A stretch of 64,000 nucleotides of DNA from NCBI GenBank assembly GCA_015233335.1, contig JADFXX010000001.1:70302-134301 (forward strand), in the 5' to 3' direction. Positions 10,001 to 16,682 of this stretch are shown here, one piece after another; position 1 is the stretch's first letter, and each line of letters opens with the position of its first letter. Position numbers and translations under genes: made by a program. Below the pieces are notes generated by a model. That model made no database searches, was not told where the DNA came from, and saw only the letters and a program-made list of their open reading frames with translations. Origin of the DNA: Candidatus Omnitrophota bacterium (lineage in GTDB: Bacteria; Omnitrophota; Gorgyraeia; Zapsychrales; Fredricksoniimonadaceae).

Positions 10001-11442
10001 GGCAAAATACGCTGATTAACGGCTAATACAGCTTTGATAAGGCCTCCGATACCTGCGGCTGCCTTAGTATGGCCGACAATGGATTTAAAGGAAGTAATCC
10101 CGCATTTCTGCAATTTCTCAGTTCCTGCAGGTATACTTTGTTCTATGGCCAAAGCGATGCCCTCAAGCTCAACCCGATCTCCCTTGGTTGTTCCGGTGCC
10201 GTGACCTTCAACAAAATCAACCTCAGCGATCTTATACTTAAGGTCCTTATAGGCACGTTTGATGGCCAATGATTGACCGCTCGAAGACGGTTCCATGATC
10301 CCGCCTTTACCGTCAGATGAGATCCCCCAGCCTTTGATGAGGGCATAAATGTAATTTTTATCCCTGAGAGCATCCTCTAGTCTTTTTAAAAGCACAAAGC
10401 CGCATCCCTCGCCGGGCAGAAAGCCATTGGCCCCCTGGTCATAAACAGACATTTTATCCCGGGCCAGAGCGCCGGCTTTGGCGAATCCCACTAATTCAAA
10501 TGGGTCAAGGCTGATATCCACCCCTCCGGCTAAAGCCAGGTCCACATTCTTCATTTTTAAAGCATCGGCGGCCGTCGCGACAGCCAGCAAAGATGATGAA
10601 CAAGCGCCGTCGACGATATACCCGCCGCCCTTTAAATTTAAATAGTTACAGATACGCCCGGCGATCGTATTGGCCAGGCCTCCGGCCAGAGAGTCTTCTG
10701 TAATAGGATAAAATGCTGATTTATAGACCTGTTCCATTTCAAGGGCAATATTGTGGCGCTCCTCCAAACCCATGCCGCGCCTCGACAATGTTGCATTCAA
10801 TACTTTTTGAACATACGGCCAGCGCAAGCGCAGGGTTTGGGAGCGTGTCTGCTCACCGGTCAGGGTGTTACCGACGATGACGCAGGTGTTTAAAAGAGGA
10901 ATTTCATTGAATTTGTAACCCGCATTTTCAAAAGTCTTAAGCGCCACATCCAAAGCCAGCCAATGCGCGACATCCGTTGATTCAACGGTTTTGCGGGGGA
11001 TCCGCAGCCGGCCCCAATCAAATACAAAATTTTCTAAAAAGGCAGCTTTGGTCAGGTAGGTTTTGTCCGAGGCTTTAGCATCGGCATCGTAGTATTCGCT
11101 CAAAGGCAGTCTCTGGTCTAACATCCGGCGAAACTGAATGCGGCGGGCCAGAATATTTTCCCAAAGTTCCTTGATATTGGAGGCCCCCGGATAATAACAG
11201 GCAAGCCCGATCACAGCGATGTCAGAAGAACTAAGAGGCAATTCCCTGGCTGACGGACGAGAGATCCCCTTTTTCCCTAAGAAATCTTCAATGATCTTTT
11301 TATAAGCACCGGTAATTTTTTGGGCCTTTTTCCAGCGATAATAATTGACCGTATGGGTATCAATACTGCGGCACAGGCCGACAACAGACAATTTTGCCTG
11401 GACTCGAAACCTTTCTAATTCTTTGAATAATTGACGGCTCAT
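4045..11442 (-). CDS. iterative type I polyketide synthase, enediyne-PKS-like (HTH-like N-term / KS-AT-ACP-KR-DH-PPTase / tandem hot-dog thioesterase)
   Basis: 2,465 aa. Approximate domain spans in nt: HTH-like 11269-11442; KS 9832-11226 (DGACSSSL, HGTGT, GHTKAAAG); AT 8563-9453 (GHSLGE, GAFHS); ACP 8038-8280 (LNLDSIKAAE); KR 6643-7359 (VTGGAKGVS, YGLSN); DH 5743-6600 (HNWKGSLLFP, DSVLQ); Sfp-type PPTase 5083-5640 (YGKP, HGIDIQ, WTCIETFIK); 4HBT-like hot-dog repeats 4573-5040 and 4048-4515 (IYFANYPIWVGRTVD). Confidence 0.9.
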   Translation of the reverse strand: MSRQLFKELERFRVQAKLSVVGLCRSIDTHTVNYYRWKKAQKITGAYKKIIEDFLGKKGISRPSARELPLSSSDIAVIGLACYYPGASNIKELWENILARRIQFRRMLDQRLPLSEYYDADAKASDKTYLTKAAFLENFVFDWGRLRIPRKTVESTDVAHWLALDVALKTFENAGYKFNEIPLLNTCVIVGNTLTGEQTRSQTLRLRWPYVQKVLNATLSRRGMGLEERHNIALEMEQVYKSAFYPITEDSLAGGLANTIAGRICNYLNLKGGGYIVDGACSSSLLAVATAADALKMKNVDLALAGGVDISLDPFELVGFAKAGALARDKMSVYDQGANGFLPGEGCGFVLLKRLEDALRDKNYIYALIKGWGISSDGKGGIMEPSSSGQSLAIKRAYKDLKYKIAEVDFVEGHGTGTTKGDRVELEGIALAIEQSIPAGTEKLQKCGITSFKSIVGHTKAAAGIGGLIKAVLAVNQRILPPTASCVKPNDVFKDKAKNLYPLIQGAVLSPAKSVRAGISSAGFGGINCHVAVESYDKPLEAIKPKIDEGALFVSPQQSEVFVFTSRTVAHLKKIIAKFKEDLRNISIAEMADLAAFLNKKAKNSFSVKAAIVTDSPEHLYDAMVLLEEAINTASLDEGQIHPVKANDPATLILLSRAVKGCRIGFLYPGQGSQRLNMTRVLTQRFGWARDLLALSKLPLSESIYKSVDQFFGQETTQEFEKQLSDTKITQPAIVLSSLIWTEFLSRLHIEPDLVAGHSLGELTAFYKAGAFDRQTLIQFAQLRGALMATQGRLGGGMVSLFCSKLKAEELVFKVKGNIVLANINSPNQVIVSGGNQEIEKIIKSAQAQDISTHRLNVSGAFHSPLMVPVSKKIRSCRILPEIFKPNGIRLYSGINSAVIGALVNIKEYFSKQVILPVDFVGLVGVIAQECDVLIEVGPGRVLTDLVRAINKGQGPLCLPVESSAYNDRDLNIVLAELFVRNIPVQWEDLYKNRLIRTFVPASRKRFIENQCEYPLKIADQILKTELLRKLPQTAGTLQSTAEIIPGGLPAQVRGKDNIADLLIDLTHQITGFDKESIALNSRLLDDLNLDSIKAAELIARAGRLLGVAGQADPTKLSNNTLGEIRDQLNELAVLAQAGSYEESVGEILKRYHEKTWVRNFILDFKPEEIKTRNVNQLKELKRVIILSQEDEPLADRITREFKDQKIKTQKICYDDKTANTGPMDCLITILPRPRQSGDFDKNSLKEIIQRMHKLIGLVYSHPLSPDTFIVVVQWGGGIASSSAKSLVSTLLLESPQLKVRVIDFDIQSSESEIASSIMDELQTYERFSAIAYDSKLIRKVAYYETSQPADYKKRGIAWGPQDVVIVTGGAKGVSAQCALEFARTTQAQMILVGRSACPKDNKDESNEIVQTLKQFEGEHLKASYYQCDVTDENSVALIIKQIRETRGQITGFIHGAGLNSLKRLKQSSVNDVFVESLPKVMGAVHICRALSDAPPKMIVGITSIIGLTGMEASGWYGLSNEILNLYLHQFKLRHPSTQVVSVAYSIWDEVGMGVKLGSVGRLAQKGIGSISVAEGVKRFRQLVETEPGVEQVIVSARLAGLETWKMAPFKANHFRFIEEIKYFLLGVELIAQAHLNVKEDPYLLDHNWKGSLLFPFVFGLEAMAQAVVQVLGLRGLDHIKARNIELKRPIPVSEDTGATIEIHAQVLEKVSKDDVLSVKVEIYTQESGYRKPHFSAVFELEDTAVRPKKNGKERKIANVLDIVPQRDLYGPILFQGKSFQRIDRIHELCYDEKTKKGECLFTSVFNGSSSKYLTGDPFFIDSVLQSMQLIVSQDACLPNYIEEIEVGTHQRSAEHKLVLSEILRTDMEHYRGDAQAVNSADESVRIKNCVLKILESLPDNPRAGDIVNPCQRDQIILKDLIAKYERELGVKFPLTALQYIPDLEKISKGHRHQEELPFLNKVVQDYLRKFEKSIKLEIKWDQYGKPLAETDGGPEVHLSVTHEHNLILCSVGPKEHGIDIQTISPRTSEEWLSLLGGDKYAIIKDSEGASRDYLGTVVWTCIETFIKTSPGASLEALRFEKISKNDYYILRNGDDLFIGLVVKFSRGAERLLTFLLKGQGAYQEQELNKQLGFEDQYFHFHADYTGPQGKLLTAKKFPVVFKHGKSTGRRVNFSSYCEWIGEIREFALVSVLKQLAGVVETKEWGVATNNVIVDIQGELSAGDIVEGRVWLGNKINDNVYELYFDFLKHNGDGAAEEVARVLQRISWVKILDHGQARVNRLPSFLKDVMQKMEPRSGVFDHESFKGFYDNDHFGLGDLIKEYETGQLFLSELHIPTTLEESNLVGNIYFANYPIWVGRTVDTYFYKIWPDLYLSNDIKNDFICRRFKIDHLGEAMPFDRIVVKMYLGRVYTQGLILNFEIFLDNGKKLAVAQQSLLWVKRDRLFAPSGEDIPRHLMDRILGKIK

Positions 11443-11463
11443 AGGAAGAATTTAATTTATACA

Positions 11464-11487
11464 ACAATTGTTACATATAACAATTGT
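11464..11487. promoter_or_regulatory. operator-like palindrome ACAATTGTTACATATAACAATTGT
   Basis: 22 of 24 positions are self-complementary. Contains two copies of the ACAATTGT core. Lies 22-45 nt upstream of the PKS start codon and overlaps the putative -10 element. Confidence 0.45.
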
Positions 11488-11510
11488 AACAAACAGTAAA
11501 CGGCAGTCAA
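11483..11510 (-). promoter_or_regulatory. putative sigma70-type promoter of the PKS operon
   Basis: The minus strand reads TTGACT (11510-11505), a 16-nt spacer, then TACAAT (11488-11483), about 40 nt upstream of the ATG at 11442. Confidence 0.45.
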
Positions 11511-11616
11511 TTTTTTATCATTATTTTTTTATAACACCAAAGAAAGCGCTATCTCAAAATAACTCATAGACCCTACAAGCGACATATTTATATGTTATAT
11601 TTTATAGTAGAAAGGT

Positions 11617-14600
11617 GTGAGTGTAATGAACGTCCCCATATCCCCTATTCCATCATTGCGAAGACCATTTTTTATACATTGGTTATCTCCTGTCATTTTA
11701 TCGGCTTTTCTTGTCAATTCAATCGGCCCAATGCCGGCCTATGGGCAAACAGATGAACTCAAGCTTCCTCTTGCGGGGGTCATGGTACGTTTAAGCCCGC
11801 CGCTTGATCCTCCCATGCTTAAAGGCATCAAGGTTTATCCTGATAACCCGTTTAGATTTGATTTTATCCTTGACCGGGGAGAAAACGAATTGTCGAGTGA
11901 CGCCCTTAAAGACGAATCCGGCAAACTCATTAAATATTTCCTTTCTTCGTTGACCATTCCAGAAAAAGACCTTTGGGTCAACCTCTCTCCTTATGAGAAA
12001 GAACGTATCATCCCCAACAGCTTTGGCTTAACCCAAATGGGCAGAGATCTATTAGCACAGGATTATGTCCTTAAGCAAATTACAGCCTCTTTAATTTATC
12101 CTGAAGATATTATTGGAAAGAATTTCTGGAAGCGTGTTTATGAAGAGGCCGCTAAACGTTACGGATCAACGGATATTCCTGTCAACACATTCAACAAGGT
12201 CTGGATCGTGCCTGATAAGGCCGTTGTCTATGAGAATGCGAAAGCGGGCACGGCCTATGTGATTGAAAGCAAATTAAAGGTCATGCTTGATCAGGATTAT
12301 CTATCCTTGGAGAAAAGCCAAACGCCAACCAGGGGACATTTGCCCGAAGGGCATGTGTCCCCAAGCCGCTTGCCAACCAATGAAGGGTTGCAGCTGAAAG
12401 CAACCCAGGTTAACAACCAATCGACAAGCAACTTGCCAGCCAAAGAAGGGTTGCAATTGAAAGCACCCCAGGGAAACAACGCTGCGACAAGCGAAGATAT
12501 CAACTCCCTCGGCTCACAGATCATCCGCGAAATCGTAATCCCCCAACTCACTCGTGAGGTTAATGAAAATAAAAATTTTACCAAACTTCGACAGGCCTAC
12601 AACAGCCTTATTCTAGCCACATGGTACAAGAAAAAAATAAAGGACAGCATCCTCTCACAGGTTTATACCGATAAAAATAGGATCGCGGGCATCACGGTGG
12701 ATGATCCTCAAGAGAAAGAAAAGATTTACCAGCGCTATTTACAGGCATTTAAGAAAGGCGTTTATAACTACATCAAAGAAGAAGTCGATCCTCTAACGCA
12801 GCAAATCATACCAAGAAAGTACTTCTCCGGCGGTATAAGCGGGACTAATTTAAGTTTAAATGTTTTCAGGACAACTTCTCAGAAACCGGATACCGCCATG
12901 CTCGCACTGCGCCGTGCAAAGGTCATTCAAATCGTTTTAAGGCTCCCAAGCACCTTAAAGCAGCTGATCACCGGTAGCAATCTTAAGGGAAAGGTCAAAG
13001 AAGTTTTTGGGGAAGACATTGATGCGTTAAGACAATTAGGTTTTCGTGATTCAGAATTAACACAAGCCTTAAGCGGCGACATGTCAGGACAATGGCGCTT
13101 TGGCGTTCCCTTTGATTTAACAGCATCTGAAGAAAACACCATAAGGCAGGAGTTTATCAATATGATCAACAGCAGGTCCCAAGACCCCTACAAAGAAATC
13201 GTTCTCTATGCTGTAGGCTTGGGCGTCGAGCCCAAAGAGGCTTTGGATGTAATCAAATTATTCTACAAGGTATTAAGCGATTCCGGGTTAAATCCACAGG
13301 ACTGGCATTTGACTTTTATCGGTATTGATAAATCCCCTGACATTGTGAACAATGCCAATGATCAATTATCCGCATACAGGAGAGCTTCGGGACTTTCTGA
13401 AGACAATCTTTATACGGCAGCCGTTGAAGCCAATGCTCTTTCGCCTGACGCATTGCAGGAAATCTTCAAGAATCAGGGCCGCGGCAAAAAGGCAGACATT
13501 GTTCTTAATAGACATACCCATTACGGAAATCTGCTCAATCAGCTAAGGCACTTCACTTTCGATGCCATCAGAGAGCACGATCATTATCGCAAGCAGGCTT
13601 TGAACGTATTTTTACAAATTAAAAATATCTTCACAGCATTGACAAGGCCGTCCTGTTTATACGTCACTGACGAAGGAGAAAACGCATTGATCATTCCCGG
13701 CGCAAAAATGGAAGGAAAATCCGGCGGCATGTACAGAGTTGTTGAGCCGACTAAAAACTTTTCACTGCATGACCTTTTTAAAGATTTAGCCATGCAGGCG
13801 AAAAACCCAAGTAAAGTTATAAATGTCATCACAGGCGCAGAAAAAGGAGATACCAGTGTCCTCTTGGGAATGGTTGCCGATGAATTACAAATCAGGGGCA
13901 TGGAAGGAACAGTAGCTCTGATCGGTCTTGGAAACACTCCTTGGCCGTTTTTAGAAACAGCTGAAATATTTCCAAAGGCCAAGGTCCTAGGCATTGACGA
14001 AGAAGAAAACTTGGTCAGCTTTCAGAATAAAAACCTGGAAGCTTATCCCGAACTGTTAAAAAATGAACGGGTTTCCATAAAAAGAGGTGATGCAACTGAT
14101 CTAAGTAAGACCGAGGGAGGGCGGATTTCGATCGCGGATCAAACTGTTGGATTTGTCTATTTTCAAAACGTATTCGATCTATATATCCAAAGCCCCGAAA
14201 ATATTCTGAAAATGCTCAGAGAGGCCATACGCGTTTTAAAGCCGGGTGGTTATTTGTACGTTGATGACGGGGCTGGAACATTAAATAGAAGTAAAGAATG
14301 GTTTAAGAGTGATCCTGAAAAATTAAGAATAATCAAAACCATCGAGAACGAGTTAAAAGATAAAATGAAAGATCTTAATCTGGCGGACTCGGTATCCTGG
14401 ATATACCAAAAGAACGATCGGGCGATGATCAATAAACCCGTTAAAAAAACTCCCAATCTAACACGTGCCCAGGCAGAAAAAGCGATCGGCTCACAGCTGC
14501 TTGATAAAATCAAAAGACAATATGGCAATACAGCTCCTTTGTCAGTTGTTGTTGAATCAACGCCGGATAGTGTTGTGATCGGAATTGAAGATCAGGGAAG

Positions 14601-15249
14601 AAAGATTTTCTCGGCAGCTTTCTCTGACAGCCAAAACTGGGGCCCTCAAAGTCATGGACAGACCCATGTTATTAACGAAAAAACCTTAACAAGCTATATC
14701 AAGCCCCCCACAGAGCAAAACTTACTTTATCTGCACTCGATACAGACGAATTATACCCTGTCGGAAAGCGGATTAGGCCGGCAAATCGTAGCTAATTTAT
14801 TAAAATTTTATGGGGAGAACAACGGATATACCCAAATGTCTTTAATACCTGACACTGATAATGACCAATGGATCATCACAAGCCGGGACGGTCAGGTCAT
14901 AGAGAGCCACTATAATGATGATTTAGACAGGATGCCCATTAAACCACAACCTATCACAAGCGCCGTACGTACAATAAACAATTTAAAAGGAGTGTCTATA
15001 AGCCAAAAGGCTTCCAAACAATATACGGCAGTGACCAATGCTCAAAACGGTGGTATTGACCTAACCCCCGCCAAAATGAATTTACAGACTCAAACGGATT
15101 CACGTTTCCCCGGTAATGATATGGGGATCAAATTCAACATTGACCCTGTCATGCTTGAAGAATTACGCAATGCCCCGGGCTTTGTTGCCCTCATCATCAA
15201 TATCCAGCCGCTTAACAGTCTTGGCGAGTTCTTAGGAGATAAAAATTAA
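11617..15249 (+). CDS. large orphan protein with N-terminal signal/anchor, conserved unknown N-domain, class I SAM-methyltransferase-fold region(s) and unknown C-terminal module
   Basis: 1,210 aa. GTG at 11617; an ATG at 11626 with AAAGGTG upstream is a likelier start. Hydrophobic N-terminus HWLSPVILSAFLVNSIGPMPAYG. Methyltransferase-like segment VLGIDEEENLV...IKRGDATDL...LREAIRVLKPGGYLYVDD. A weaker second Rossmann-like segment LYAVGLGVEP...FIGIDKSPDIV. C-terminal GGIDLTPAKMNLQTQ...APGFVALIINIQPLNSL. Confidence 0.6.
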   Translation: MSVMNVPISPIPSLRRPFFIHWLSPVILSAFLVNSIGPMPAYGQTDELKLPLAGVMVRLSPPLDPPMLKGIKVYPDNPFRFDFILDRGENELSSDALKDESGKLIKYFLSSLTIPEKDLWVNLSPYEKERIIPNSFGLTQMGRDLLAQDYVLKQITASLIYPEDIIGKNFWKRVYEEAAKRYGSTDIPVNTFNKVWIVPDKAVVYENAKAGTAYVIESKLKVMLDQDYLSLEKSQTPTRGHLPEGHVSPSRLPTNEGLQLKATQVNNQSTSNLPAKEGLQLKAPQGNNAATSEDINSLGSQIIREIVIPQLTREVNENKNFTKLRQAYNSLILATWYKKKIKDSILSQVYTDKNRIAGITVDDPQEKEKIYQRYLQAFKKGVYNYIKEEVDPLTQQIIPRKYFSGGISGTNLSLNVFRTTSQKPDTAMLALRRAKVIQIVLRLPSTLKQLITGSNLKGKVKEVFGEDIDALRQLGFRDSELTQALSGDMSGQWRFGVPFDLTASEENTIRQEFINMINSRSQDPYKEIVLYAVGLGVEPKEALDVIKLFYKVLSDSGLNPQDWHLTFIGIDKSPDIVNNANDQLSAYRRASGLSEDNLYTAAVEANALSPDALQEIFKNQGRGKKADIVLNRHTHYGNLLNQLRHFTFDAIREHDHYRKQALNVFLQIKNIFTALTRPSCLYVTDEGENALIIPGAKMEGKSGGMYRVVEPTKNFSLHDLFKDLAMQAKNPSKVINVITGAEKGDTSVLLGMVADELQIRGMEGTVALIGLGNTPWPFLETAEIFPKAKVLGIDEEENLVSFQNKNLEAYPELLKNERVSIKRGDATDLSKTEGGRISIADQTVGFVYFQNVFDLYIQSPENILKMLREAIRVLKPGGYLYVDDGAGTLNRSKEWFKSDPEKLRIIKTIENELKDKMKDLNLADSVSWIYQKNDRAMINKPVKKTPNLTRAQAEKAIGSQLLDKIKRQYGNTAPLSVVVESTPDSVVIGIEDQGRKIFSAAFSDSQNWGPQSHGQTHVINEKTLTSYIKPPTEQNLLYLHSIQTNYTLSESGLGRQIVANLLKFYGENNGYTQMSLIPDTDNDQWIITSRDGQVIESHYNDDLDRMPIKPQPITSAVRTINNLKGVSISQKASKQYTAVTNAQNGGIDLTPAKMNLQTQTDSRFPGNDMGIKFNIDPVMLEELRNAPGFVALIINIQPLNSLGEFLGDKN
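12369..12492 (+). repeat. in-frame tandem duplication, 63-nt period, 2 copies
   Basis: CTTGCCAACCAATGAAGGGTTGCAGCTGAAAGCAACCCAGG... (12369-12429) against CTTGCCAGCCAAAGAAGGGTTGCAATTGAAAGCACCCCAGG... (12432-12492), roughly 80% identical. Encodes LPTNEGLQLKATQVNNQSTS / LPAKEGLQLKAPQGNNAATS. Confidence 0.85.
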
Positions 15250-15614
15250 ACAATAGCATCAAAAGCGTTTTTAATGTGTTGGATTTCAAAGCCTCCTTCA
15301 ATATCCTCAAGGATAGAAACCACATCAAACCGCGAGCGGATTTCAAGGGAATAAAACTTGTACTTTAAATAAGACGCGGCCATCCGGGAAAGTTTCCGGA
15401 TCTTCCATGGGGTGACGGCTTCATAGGGCTGGCCCAGTCTTAAAGACTGCCGGGTTTTAACCTCAACAAAACAAACGGTCCGGCCATCCCGCGCGATCAG
15501 GTCGATTTCGCCTATTTTATTACGGAAATTCTCTTCTAAAATCTGGTAACCCTGTGTTTGAAGATATTGCCGGGCCAAAGACTCGCCATGTCGCCCAAGC
15601 GATTTATTGGACAT
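15246..15614 (-). CDS. yraN: YraN-family (UPF0102) endonuclease-like protein
   Basis: 122 aa; GESLARQYLQTQGYQILEENFRNKIGEIDLIARDG..VCFVEVKTR is the family signature. Confidence 0.8.
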   Translation of the reverse strand: MSNKSLGRHGESLARQYLQTQGYQILEENFRNKIGEIDLIARDGRTVCFVEVKTRQSLRLGQPYEAVTPWKIRKLSRMAASYLKYKFYSLEIRSRFDVVSILEDIEGGFEIQHIKNAFDAIV

Positions 15615-15645
15615 TCAAAAAGCTTATCCAATAAATGATTATTCG

Positions 15646-16674
15646 TCAATGCTTATATTCATTAATTATCAATTCTTTCAAACAATCAACCCAAACCGGC
15701 TGGGTATTAAGGCTTTCGACCATCTGCCATCGTCTGCCCCCATGCCTAAAAAAAAGTTTTTTATATTCATAACCTATTTCTACAGTGGTCTCCAAACAGT
15801 CCGCTACAAATGAAGGTGAAAAAACTAGAACACTTTTAATTCCTTTTTGAGCCAGCCGCTTGATCGTTTCATCCGTATGAGGCTTGATCCATGGCGTTGA
15901 GCCCAAACGCGATTGGAAGCAAGCCGTATAATCCCCTTTTGGGATACCCAACTCCTCTGCCAGCAAACGCGTTGTTTCAAAACACTGGGCCCTGTAGCAG
16001 TATCGATTTTTGCAGCCGTACACCATACAACAATCCCCCAGCCGGCATTCGCATGAGGATTTAAGGACCTGTTTCTGGGGCAAACCATGATAACTAAACA
16101 AATAATGGTCATACGGCGCTAAGGCCATATACTTGCGGCCTAATTGGGCAAAGGCTTTGATAAAAAGCGGATCATCAAAAAATCGGCTGATCAATTTTAA
16201 GTCAGGGATCACTTCCCATTTTTTTATCTCCTTCATCACCTCCTGGATCGTTGAGCCGCTTGACGCCCCGGCGTACTGAGGGTACAAAGGGATAACGGTC
16301 AAACTCTTCAAAGCCGTCGTTTTAAGACGTGATAAAACATCTTTGATGCCGGGGTTCTGATAACGCATGGCTAATTCAACTTGAAAACCTTCCCCCAGAG
16401 CCTGCTGTAATAGTTTCTGCACTTCATTCCCATAAAATTTTAGAGGAGAGCCTTGAGGAGTCCACAACATGCGGTAGGCTTTCGCCGATTGAGGTGCCCG
16501 GAAAGGAGCGATGACCAAATGGACCAGCAAAAACCTTGACCAGAAAGGAATATCCATGACCCTCGCGTCCATCAGAAATTCACGCAAATATTTGCGCACA
16601 TCCGCAATCGAGGGACTGTCAGGCGTCCCTAAATTTATGAGTAAAACACCATTCTTAAGTTTTGTCATAATCAA
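15646..16674 (-). CDS. hemH: ferrochelatase with Cys-rich insertion
   Basis: 342 aa; LLINLGTPDSPS..DVRKYLREFL.D.RV, YPQY and FSYHGLP motifs. Cys-rich stretch SSCECRLGDCCMVYGCKNRYCYRAQC follows HGLP. Confidence 0.9.
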   Translation of the reverse strand: MIMTKLKNGVLLINLGTPDSPSIADVRKYLREFLMDARVMDIPFWSRFLLVHLVIAPFRAPQSAKAYRMLWTPQGSPLKFYGNEVQKLLQQALGEGFQVELAMRYQNPGIKDVLSRLKTTALKSLTVIPLYPQYAGASSGSTIQEVMKEIKKWEVIPDLKLISRFFDDPLFIKAFAQLGRKYMALAPYDHYLFSYHGLPQKQVLKSSCECRLGDCCMVYGCKNRYCYRAQCFETTRLLAEELGIPKGDYTACFQSRLGSTPWIKPHTDETIKRLAQKGIKSVLVFSPSFVADCLETTVEIGYEYKKLFFRHGGRRWQMVESLNTQPVWVDCLKELIINEYKH

Positions 16675-16682
16675 ACGGGAAG

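Noticed and set aside
4045-11442. Alternative readings of the megasynthase as a PfaA-type PUFA synthase subunit, or as part of a bona fide enediyne cluster
   Set aside because: PfaA-type proteins carry multiple tandem ACPs, lack an integrated PPTase, and come with pfaB/C/D partners. None of those features are seen here. Enediyne clusters need the conserved warhead-cassette genes next to PksE, and the neighbours here are signalling genes. Both readings were therefore set aside, pending sequence beyond the window.
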